Origin: Hormoscilla sp.
Lineage (GTDB): Bacteria; Cyanobacteriota; Cyanobacteriia; Cyanobacteriales; Desertifilaceae
Direction: 5' to 3'
NCBI GenBank assembly: GCA_051439505.1
Contig: JBFRWI010000009.1
Location: forward strand, 1 to 64,000
DNA length: 64,000 bases
Shown here: positions 1-8,371 of the stretch, in pieces
Layout of the letters: every line of letters starts with the position of its first letter
Position numbering within the stretch: the first letter of the stretch is position 1
Position numbers and translations under genes: made by a program
The notes under the pieces: model-generated
What the model was told of the DNA's origin: nothing
Database searches by the model: none
Seen by the model: only the letters and a program-made list of their open reading frames with translations

Positions 1-207
1 AAACGCCTCTCCATGCAATTTCGCCAGAACCACCCAGAAATACCTTGGCGTAATCTAGCAGGGATGCGCGATATTATTATCCACGAATACGACCACGTTG
101 ATTTTGATATTGTCTGGGATGTCATCCAGAATGCCCTGCCTCAATTACTGGAAAATCTCCAACCGCTATTGATAAATCCCGAAGAACCACCGCCACCATC
201 ATCATAG
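1..207 (+). CDS. HepT/DUF86-family (HEPN) toxin, C-terminal part; gene starts before the window
   Basis: Frame open from base 1; IPWRNLAGMRDIIIHEYDHVDFDIVWDVI carries the DUF86 Rx4H motif. Confidence 0.85.
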   Translation, partial: KRLSMQFRQNHPEIPWRNLAGMRDIIIHEYDHVDFDIVWDVIQNALPQLLENLQPLLINPEEPPPPSS

Positions 208-320
208 GATGGGGTAAAGTAAGGGGAAAGGTAGATGCCCCGATCGCATCGGTCGGCAGTTCCTCAAATGGTTGGGTTTTTGTTGGGTTTCGTGCTAGTA
301 ACGATCGCGAAAAAACTCTT

Positions 321-373
321 AGTCGGTTTTAACCGACTTTAGCTATTAGCCGGGGGTTTGAACCCCCGGCGGG
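321..373 (-). repeat. REP-like double-hairpin repeat (family A)
   Basis: AGTCGGTTTTAACCGACT-TTAGCTATTAG-CCGGGGGTTTGAACCCCCGG-CGGG; homologous copies at 49008, 49161, 49252 and 51249. Confidence 0.9.
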
Positions 374-394
374 CTAACAACGAAGCGACAAAAC

Positions 395-3300
395 TTAGAC
401 AAAACTCAGTTCATCGGGAGTCGCACCCAGAACGATACCTAAGATATCCCGGGAATCTTCTATCCTGATGAGAGTATTATTGCCCCTCACCAATCTCAAA
501 TTCAAATCCCCTGCTGTCAGTCCTTCTGTAAGCCCGATCGCATCTATGCCAGACTCAAAATCGCGAATGCGATCGGCCTGCCTGGCATTAGCAACTGCTG
601 AGTCTAACAGGAAGATATCATTACCCGTGCCGCCAACGAGAAGATCTCGTCCCGCCTCCCCATTGAGGAGATCGTTACCCGCACCTCCTGCGAGAACATC
701 ATTGCCCCCGCCCCCCAGAAGAGTGTCATTGCCATTTTGACCCGAGAGGCGATCGCGCCCTGGAGTCCCGGTCAGGAGATCCCCTTCGGTCTCCGTCGAA
801 CCACCATCATTACTAGAAGTAACTGACAGCAGATAATCTCCCATACTGCCAGCAGCAGCGCCCGCCCCGGTGATAGGGTCGTAGTTGCGTGCCCCGGAAC
901 TATATCCATTCACGCCAATAATATATTCCGTTCCCGCTGTCACTGCTACCTGCAAAAAACTGCCGCGAGTCCCGTTATTCTCATCGTGATTGAAAGCTAT
1001 TTCATTTCCCCGGGCGTCGAATACCCGCAAGAATGTATCCGCGCTGGGATTTTCTGGGGATATTAGTAAGTTCGTACTGGTGCGAATATCTACCATCCCA
1101 GTAATGTCCGGGCGGAAGCGATAGAGGTCGATGTCCGTAGGCCCGATCGCGAAACCCTCATCTTCCCCAATATTCCCCAACAACTCCGAGTCGATCGCCA
1201 GTTCTTGCACGGCGATATTGTCGATCCTGTCATCGGAAAGACTGCCAGTTTCGCTAGGGGACAGCAGTCGCAGATTCAAGATATAATCACCTTCATCCCC
1301 CCCAGAACCGCTACTTAACTGGAAGGGGTCGAAGTTGCCATTCCCGTAACCCGTTACCGCGACAAAATAATCTTGGTTGGCTTCAATGGGTAACTGGATC
1401 AGGGGGTCGAAAGAATTGCTATCATCATCAAAGGCTAACTGATTGCCGGCGCTATCAAACACCAAGGCTACCGTATCCGCAGGATCTGCAATGCCCCCGG
1501 CCTCGTAAGCATCGATGTTTACTTCCAGAATGCCCCCAGTCCGCGATCGCACCTTGACCAAGTCCACATCCCGATCGCCCACTGACTGCGATCGACCCGT
1601 TTCCGGGTTGCTGTCCGACCCAATATTCTCCAGTTGCACGAAAGGCAAACTCACATCAGCAGTAGCTTGAGGTATGCTACCATTCAGGTCGCTATTGGCA
1701 AAGCTGACGATCAGATTGTAGAAACCCCCATCTCCTGTAAAAGGGCGATCGCCCGAACTGGTCGGGTCATAATCTTGATTCAAGAAGTCCGAGATCCCAA
1801 TATAATAAACCTCTCCCTCTTCTACCGAGGCCCGCAGGAAACTATCCGTAGTATGTCCGTTAAATAAATTGGAATCATCAAACACCAAGTCTGAGTCGGT
1901 GTCGGTGAACTCGGTCAAATTTCCCTCAGCATCCGTAGCGAGGTCATCATCGCTGGCCAAGGGACGGGCATTGACCCTGACCTCATTTCCCTCGGCATCG
2001 AATATCCGCACATAGGAGTCCAGATAATCGCTATTAAAGGGCGTGTCAATATCAATTAACAACACCCCATTGTCCGGGGCGACCACTTCAAATAAATCTA
2101 CATCTGCCACCCCCACAGTCTCGCCGTAGTCCGCACCAATAAAACCATCAAACTGTACCGGTTCGGTGTCCGTACCGAAATTGACTGCCACCGCCCCCGC
2201 GATCGTCCCATTGGGGTCGTCATTAATCAAGCTAAACTCTAAAGAATAATTACCCGTATCTCCGGCCAAGTCCGCACTGCCGGCCACATTGGGGTTGTAA
2301 TTCCCATTATTGTAACCGCTTACTCCCGCAAAGTAAACCCCTGGGTCGAGAGTAACATCCAGGCGCGAAAAAGTCCCCTCGCCCCCATCATCATCATCAG
2401 CAATTTCCCGACCAAACTCGTCAAACAGTCGCAGAAAACTATCAAAATTATCTGGGTTTTGGGTATGGGAACTCACTTCGATGGTCACATTCCCCCCAGA
2501 AGATACTTCAAAGCGAAAGATATCTACATCCTTATCTCCCACAAAAGTGGAATTGCCGTCAACCCCGATCGCCCCCAACAGGGGTGCCACGGGAGAACCA
2601 TCCAACACTGGACCCAGGAACGCCCCCGCGATCGTCCCATTAGAGTCCCCACTTCCCCCCGTAACTGGAGGGGGTGCGTTACCAGTAAAGCGGCGCTGAA
2701 TTTCCTTAACCGCTTCATAAACATTCAACCGAGGGTAAGATTTATCGGTGTTATCGACATTATCGTCTTCATCATCCCCATCAAAGATGCTATCTGCCGT
2801 CGAAGTGATAATTTCCTGCACCTCCGAAGGGGACAGCAAACGCCCGCCAAACTCCAGGGCCGCCTCTTGCATCAGGGCCACAGTTCCCGCTACCATTGGC
2901 GATGCCATGCTAGTGCCCGCTGATTCTTCAGTTCTGTTACCGGGCACTGTACTATTAATGAAAGCCCCCGGTGCGAAAATTACATTCGGCGCATCCAGAC
3001 GCTGACTGAAACTGACAATGCAATCGGTATCCGTCGAGCGATCGCGTGCCCCATTTCGCCAACGGACGCCCCTAGTAGTACCATCCTGCCAGACCGCCCC
3101 TACCGCCAGGGTACTGTAAATCGCCGGGGCCGCCAAGTTTTCATATTCATGGTCCTTATAATCATTTCCCGCTGCCGAGACCACGGTAATGCCCGCATCT
3201 TCCAGGCGCTGGACATCATCCTTGAGGATATCAAAAAATACCCCGGACTCCGAACGATAAAACCCACTGCCCAGGGACATATTCACCGCGACGATATTAT

Positions 3301-3769
3301 ATTCCTCGCGGTTGTCTAATACCCATTCCAAGGCATCCTCGATCGTCGAGTTGTAAGCATTGCCATTACGTTCAAACACTTGCAGTCCGATCAAACCCAC
3401 ATCCGGGGCGACGCCAATATTTTCATCCCTAGCGCCAACTATCCCCGCCACATGAGTGCCGTGACCGATGCGATCGATGGGATTATTGCCGCCATTAACA
3501 AAATCAACCCCCGTGATATAATTTTCCTCCAGCAGAGAGTGCGTGCGGTCCAAACCCGTATCGATAACTGCCACACTCACGCCACTGGGCAGGCTTAGGA
3601 TGTCAGCAAACTGGGGGTCATTGCGCAACTCAGTCAGTCCGATCAGATCGAAAGCCGGGTTAACCCCTGGGGTCGCCCGTTCCAGTTGCAACAGTTGTCC
3701 GTCCAGGGCCTGGGATCCGGTAAAGGTCCCTGGTGCATTCACAACAGGCAGTGATTGATTGAGTGTCAT
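395..3769 (-). CDS. S8 (subtilisin-like) serine protease with several pre-peptidase C-terminal (PPC)-like domains and C-terminal RTX Ca-binding repeats
   Basis: Catalytic motifs VAVIDTG, GHGTHVAG, GTSMASP; repeated DVDxF/Y...D(S/T)xLRxFD modules; GGxGxD nonapeptides at the C-terminus; no obvious N-terminal signal peptide. Confidence 0.9.
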   Translation of the reverse strand: MTLNQSLPVVNAPGTFTGSQALDGQLLQLERATPGVNPAFDLIGLTELRNDPQFADILSLPSGVSVAVIDTGLDRTHSLLEENYITGVDFVNGGNNPIDRIGHGTHVAGIVGARDENIGVAPDVGLIGLQVFERNGNAYNSTIEDALEWVLDNREEYNIVAVNMSLGSGFYRSESGVFFDILKDDVQRLEDAGITVVSAAGNDYKDHEYENLAAPAIYSTLAVGAVWQDGTTRGVRWRNGARDRSTDTDCIVSFSQRLDAPNVIFAPGAFINSTVPGNRTEESAGTSMASPMVAGTVALMQEAALEFGGRLLSPSEVQEIITSTADSIFDGDDEDDNVDNTDKSYPRLNVYEAVKEIQRRFTGNAPPPVTGGSGDSNGTIAGAFLGPVLDGSPVAPLLGAIGVDGNSTFVGDKDVDIFRFEVSSGGNVTIEVSSHTQNPDNFDSFLRLFDEFGREIADDDDGGEGTFSRLDVTLDPGVYFAGVSGYNNGNYNPNVAGSADLAGDTGNYSLEFSLINDDPNGTIAGAVAVNFGTDTEPVQFDGFIGADYGETVGVADVDLFEVVAPDNGVLLIDIDTPFNSDYLDSYVRIFDAEGNEVRVNARPLASDDDLATDAEGNLTEFTDTDSDLVFDDSNLFNGHTTDSFLRASVEEGEVYYIGISDFLNQDYDPTSSGDRPFTGDGGFYNLIVSFANSDLNGSIPQATADVSLPFVQLENIGSDSNPETGRSQSVGDRDVDLVKVRSRTGGILEVNIDAYEAGGIADPADTVALVFDSAGNQLAFDDDSNSFDPLIQLPIEANQDYFVAVTGYGNGNFDPFQLSSGSGGDEGDYILNLRLLSPSETGSLSDDRIDNIAVQELAIDSELLGNIGEDEGFAIGPTDIDLYRFRPDITGMVDIRTSTNLLISPENPSADTFLRVFDARGNEIAFNHDENNGTRGSFLQVAVTAGTEYIIGVNGYSSGARNYDPITGAGAAAGSMGDYLLSVTSSNDGGSTETEGDLLTGTPGRDRLSGQNGNDTLLGGGGNDVLAGGAGNDLLNGEAGRDLLVGGTGNDIFLLDSAVANARQADRIRDFESGIDAIGLTEGLTAGDLNLRLVRGNNTLIRIEDSRDILGIVLGATPDELSFV

Positions 3770-4127
3770 AGCTTTCGTTAATTCTATCTTCTCTTCTTAG
3801 TCTGGTTGAATGCACCTTTTGAGCCCTTTTTCCTAGCTTTTTTTACAACTCTTTACATAGCTAGCTAATTGCAGGGCTAGCACCGTTGTTTTCTGGAGCA
3901 CATTTAAGTGTATATAGGGTTCTAGCAAGTAACTATAGTGACCGCTAAGTACGTGGTTGTTTCACCTTCTATTCTACCACGTTCCCTTCCCAGTGCTGGG
4001 GCGATCGCCCGGTGTGGTCTTGCACCAGTTGGTAAAAAATATCACACCCACTTCTGACAGTGGGTGCTACTGAGGCAAAAACTTCGGATCCGCACCCGCG
4101 ATCGCCCAACTTGCAACCGCAATCATT

Positions 4128-5834
4128 TCAAGCAAATGCACCGATATCTGGATTGTATTCTACCGCTGGCATCACCCGCCATTGCCGATCGCCCTGCAGT
4201 TCCAAGACTAGATCGTGATACTTTAACAAGCTAGCACGGTGACCGACACTAATATATGTTGTAGCCGACTCTTGCAATTGCCAGTATAGTTCCGCTTCAT
4301 TTTTCAAATCGAGAGCGCTAGTCGCTTCATCCAAAATAGCATAGTCTGGTTTTGTGAGCAGCAGTCGTGCGAAGGCCAGGCGTTGTTGTTCGCCTAAGGA
4401 AAGTACATCATCCCAGTCTAACTCAGTATCAAATCCTCCCAATCTTTCTGCTAAATCTGCCAAGTTCACTCGTTCTAAGACTGCTTGCAGTTCGGCGTCG
4501 GTGAGAGTGCGATCGGTTTGAGGGTAAAGCAGTTGGTCCCGCAGGGTACCCAAGATCATGTAAGGGCGCTGGGGCAAAAACAGGATTTCATCCAAGCTGG
4601 GTCGCACTAACAGTCCCGTACCCCTGTTCCATAAACCCGCGATCGCGCGCAGTAAAGAACTTTTACCCACGCCACTGTGGCCGACAATTAACATTCCCGC
4701 CCCCTCTGGCACCTCCACTGACAGGTCTGCCACTAGAGTCTTGTGGTTCGGCGTTTCTAGGGTAATATGTTCCAGAGACAACTGTGCATATTCTCGCAAG
4801 TCTATTGTTCTCTCTATCTGCCTGCGTGCTGTTTGTGCTTCCAGGGTATCCGTGAACACCGATAACCGATTAATTCCGGCGGCAAAGGCACTTATTTGTT
4901 CAAACTGATTGACGATAATCGATAGGGCCCCCAATACTTGAGAGAAGGCAAAACCTGCTTGACTTATGGCCCCAAAATCTATTTCCCCGGCAAAGTACAT
5001 GGGGGCTACCACTACTGTTGGTAAAATGATCACAAAATATCCGTATGCGGTCGTGAAAAAATCCAGATTTCGCTGCCAACCGATCAAGGCGTTAAAGTTG
5101 CTGATTACTTCCCTAAATCGGGATTTTAACTGCATTCCTTCCTGTGCTTCTCCCTGATAGAAGGCGATCGCCTCAGCGTTATCCCGCACGTGAACTAACC
5201 CATAGCGAAAGTCTGCTTCTCGGCGCAGCTGATGAAAGTTGAGGCCGATCAGTCTGCGGCCAAACAGAACCGTTACTACCGTGCCCAAGATAGAATAACC
5301 CACCAGGACTACTGTCAGGGGAATAGAAATGGACCAGAGAATTCCGGTAAAGGAAATCAGATCTATGAGGGAACTGAGAATTACCAATAAAAATCCCAAA
5401 CTGGTGACCGTAAATGATTTAATATCTTCAGATATCCGCTGGTCTGGGTTATCGATCGTCTTGGTGCTATTAATTTCATAATAGGCGCGATTTTGCAGAT
5501 ATTTGTTCAGGAAACTTTTGGTCAGCCATTCTCGCCAGTATAGTCCTAGCTTATCTCGGGTATAGCGGTAAATTACCACGATCGGAGTCCCGACTACGAA
5601 CACCCCAGCATAGATCAACAAATATTTCCAAAATTCCTCTGGGTTTTTATTCACTAGAGCATTTTGGAATATGCGACCGACGAAGCTAATTAACACGTTC
5701 AGGCCGCTGACTGATAAGGACAGCAGCAGCAACAGCGCTAGTATACCCCGGGCCCTCCATTTTTCGTCGGAAAACCAGTAGGGTTTGGCGATCGCCAAAA
5801 ACTTCTTCAACAATTGCCAGTCAAATTTATTCAT
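4128..5834 (-). CDS. ABC transporter fused permease/ATPase (ABCD/YddA-like)
   Basis: NPDQRI and EADFRYGLVHVRDNAEAIAFY motifs; Walker A GHSGVGKS; LSLGEQQR; ILDEATSALD. Probable start MNKFDW (5834); the ORF-track extension runs through repeats. Confidence 0.9.
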   Translation of the reverse strand: MNKFDWQLLKKFLAIAKPYWFSDEKWRARGILALLLLLSLSVSGLNVLISFVGRIFQNALVNKNPEEFWKYLLIYAGVFVVGTPIVVIYRYTRDKLGLYWREWLTKSFLNKYLQNRAYYEINSTKTIDNPDQRISEDIKSFTVTSLGFLLVILSSLIDLISFTGILWSISIPLTVVLVGYSILGTVVTVLFGRRLIGLNFHQLRREADFRYGLVHVRDNAEAIAFYQGEAQEGMQLKSRFREVISNFNALIGWQRNLDFFTTAYGYFVIILPTVVVAPMYFAGEIDFGAISQAGFAFSQVLGALSIIVNQFEQISAFAAGINRLSVFTDTLEAQTARRQIERTIDLREYAQLSLEHITLETPNHKTLVADLSVEVPEGAGMLIVGHSGVGKSSLLRAIAGLWNRGTGLLVRPSLDEILFLPQRPYMILGTLRDQLLYPQTDRTLTDAELQAVLERVNLADLAERLGGFDTELDWDDVLSLGEQQRLAFARLLLTKPDYAILDEATSALDLKNEAELYWQLQESATTYISVGHRASLLKYHDLVLELQGDRQWRVMPAVEYNPDIGAFA

Positions 5835-5850
5835 ACTTGCTTTCGGTAAT

Positions 5851-5906
5851 TGGTTTGTAGTAAGCGCTTGAGCGCTTAGGGGTTTGTAGTAAGCGCTTGA
5901 GCGCTT
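5851..5906 (+). repeat. Two tandem GTAG-type REP units (family C: GTTTGTAGTAAGCGCTTGAGCGCTT)
   Basis: Two copies seen directly; related units at 9896-9961 (reverse) and 12857-12880. Confidence 0.85.
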
Positions 5907-6075
5907 CAAAATATCCTTTGACAGGGAGTTGTCAGATATGGCACCATTTGGTGTCAAGGGATACCCCGGGTCTGACAGTCAGAGCTGCCTAGGGACTGGA
6001 TGAGGGCAGATCTGGGGTATTCTTGTAATTATGAGTTTACAATATTCAATATAACTTAACGTCAGCCGATGCCCG

Positions 6076-6927
6076 ATGAAAAATATTTTTGCCAATCTGT
6101 TTGCGAGAGCCTCTGAGGGGACGCGCTTTAAGACCAAAGGGAGTAGAATTGAGACCAAGTCACCCTCGGAAATCGCCATCATGCGCAGATCGGGGAAGAT
6201 TGTGGCCACGGTACTCCAGGAAATCTCCCAGATGGCCAGGCCGGGAATGACTACCGCTGACTTGGATGCCTATGCGGAAAAGCGCATCCGTGAAATGGGT
6301 GCTACCCCTAGCTTTAAAGGTTACCACGGTTTCCCCGCTGCCATCTGCGTCTGCGTGAATAATCAAGTGGTGCATGGTATCCCTTCTCCAAAGAAGGTAC
6401 TGCGTTCTGGAGACCTGTTAAAAGTAGATACGGGTGCTTACTACCAAGGCTTTCACGGCGATTCCTGTATTACTATTGCCGTGGGTAAGGTCAAACCTGC
6501 TGCCCTCAAGCTGATGCGGGTGGCCGAAGAAGCGCTCTGGCGGGGCATTGAGCAGGTCAAAGCAGGAAATCATCTCCTGGATATTGCGGGCGCGATCGAG
6601 GATCACGTCCGAGCACATGGCTTTTCTGTGGTAGAAAACTTCACAGGTCATGGTGTGGGTCGCAATCTCCATGAAGAACCGGCTGTATTTCATTTCCGCA
6701 CCCGGGCCCTGCCCAATGTTAAACTGCGACCGGGCATGACTCTGGCGATCGAGCCTATTGTCAATGCCGGTTCTAAGTTTACTCGGGTGTTGCCAGACCG
6801 CTGGACTGTAGAAACAATGGATAATAAATTGTCGGCTCAGTTTGAACATACGGTGCTGGTGACGGAGTCGGGCTACGAGATCTTGACCGATCGCTCCGGT
6901 GTGGGAACTGGTGAACGACCGCTATAA
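6076..6927 (+). CDS. map: Type I methionine aminopeptidase
   Basis: [29 protein letters not shown] and SAQFEHT motifs. Confidence 0.95.
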   Translation: MKNIFANLFARASEGTRFKTKGSRIETKSPSEIAIMRRSGKIVATVLQEISQMARPGMTTADLDAYAEKRIREMGATPSFKGYHGFPAAICVCVNNQVVHGIPSPKKVLRSGDLLKVDTGAYYQGFHGDSCITIAVGKVKPAALKLMRVAEEALWRGIEQVKAGNHLLDIAGAIEDHVRAHGFSVVENFTGHGVGRNLHEEPAVFHFRTRALPNVKLRPGMTLAIEPIVNAGSKFTRVLPDRWTVETMDNKLSAQFEHTVLVTESGYEILTDRSGVGTGERPL

Positions 6928-6955
6928 CTAACCACTGACAACTAACCACTAACAA

Positions 6956-8359
6956 ATGACAGATTTAGCTTTTACCACAGCTTTAGAACAAGCGCGTTTA
7001 GTTCGCACAAAGGAAGTATCGCCAGTGGAGTTGGTGGAACTTTACTTGCAACGGATCCAGCTGTTGGATGGCCAGTTGGGTGCATATGTGACTGTGATGG
7101 CAGAACAGGCGATCGCGGATGCCCGTGCTAAAAGTGAGAGATTAACCCAAAACTCCTCTCAACTGCCACCTTTCTTTGGGGTGCCGATCGCGATCAAAGA
7201 CCTGATCCCGGTTGCCGGGGTGCCTTGCGGCTACGGGGTAAAGGCTCTAATAAACGAAGAACCACCAAGCTACGATTGGGGAATAGTCACGCGCCTGCGA
7301 CAAGCGGGATTTATTATTCTGGGGAAAACGGCAACTTCTCAATTGGGGACTCTACCTTTTACTGAACCCCCTGGCTTCCCTCCGACTCGCAATCCCTGGC
7401 ATACCGATTATACTTCAGGTGGATCGAGTGGTGGAGCGGCGACGGCAGTGGCAGCAGGACTGTGCCCGATCGCCCAAGGTTCTGATGGGGGAGGTTCGAT
7501 TCGCATTCCCGCTGCTTGCTGTGGTTTGGTAGGATTGAAACCATCTCGGGGTCGGGTTTCCCATGCACCTCTGGGAGATAAACTCAGCGGTATTGCCATA
7601 GCAGGCCCGATCGCGCGCACGGTTGCTGATGCGGCGGCGATGCTAGATGCGATCGCGGGCTACATGACTGGGGATCCCTATTGGCTAGCAGATCCGGAAA
7701 TTTCTTTTGCCGAAGCTGCCCGTTCTCCTGTACCATCTTTACGCATTGCTTTTAGCACGAATATACCACCGATCGGCGAGGCATCTGATGACTATAAACA
7801 GGCAGTTTTATCAACTGTCAGACTGCTTGAAGATCTGGGTCACTCGGTGAGACCTGGTTGTCCTGATTTTAGGGAATTGGTCGATCCTTTTACGAAGGTT
7901 TGGCAGTCCGGGGTTGCATCTGCCTGTATCCCCCAATCATTGCTAGATCCAGTTAATGTTTGGCTGTGGGAGCAAAAATGCGATGCTGGAGAGTACCTAC
8001 AGGCTGTATCGAAGATGCAGTCTGTGGCCCGATCGATCGTGGCGTTTTTTGATGATGTGGATGTTTTGCTATTACCCGTGTATCTGCATGGACCGATTAA
8101 AATTGGCGAGTGGGCGGCCTTGGATCCCGCAGAAATAATCCAACGGGCAATTAATTGGATCGCCCCCTGTCCTCCCTTTAATGCTACTGGACAACCTGCG
8201 ATCGCTATTCCCGTGGGTTTGGACTCCAATGGTTTACCTATAGGAGTGCAGTTAGTGGGACGTCCCGCAGCGGAAACTACGATTATCTCCTTGGCCGCCC
8301 AAATTGAAGCTGCCCAACCTTGGCCCGATCGCCCAATTTCCTATTCTACTAATAACTGA
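6956..8359 (+). CDS. Amidase-signature family enzyme
   Basis: GVPIAIKD, GGSSGG, GSDGGGSIRIPAACCG. Confidence 0.92.
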   Translation: MTDLAFTTALEQARLVRTKEVSPVELVELYLQRIQLLDGQLGAYVTVMAEQAIADARAKSERLTQNSSQLPPFFGVPIAIKDLIPVAGVPCGYGVKALINEEPPSYDWGIVTRLRQAGFIILGKTATSQLGTLPFTEPPGFPPTRNPWHTDYTSGGSSGGAATAVAAGLCPIAQGSDGGGSIRIPAACCGLVGLKPSRGRVSHAPLGDKLSGIAIAGPIARTVADAAAMLDAIAGYMTGDPYWLADPEISFAEAARSPVPSLRIAFSTNIPPIGEASDDYKQAVLSTVRLLEDLGHSVRPGCPDFRELVDPFTKVWQSGVASACIPQSLLDPVNVWLWEQKCDAGEYLQAVSKMQSVARSIVAFFDDVDVLLLPVYLHGPIKIGEWAALDPAEIIQRAINWIAPCPPFNATGQPAIAIPVGLDSNGLPIGVQLVGRPAAETTIISLAAQIEAAQPWPDRPISYSTNN

Positions 8360-8371
8360 TATCATTTAGTA

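Noticed and set aside
5835..5957. 41-aa N-terminal extension of the ABC transporter
   Set aside because: TTG start running through two REP units; the ATG at 5834 fits better
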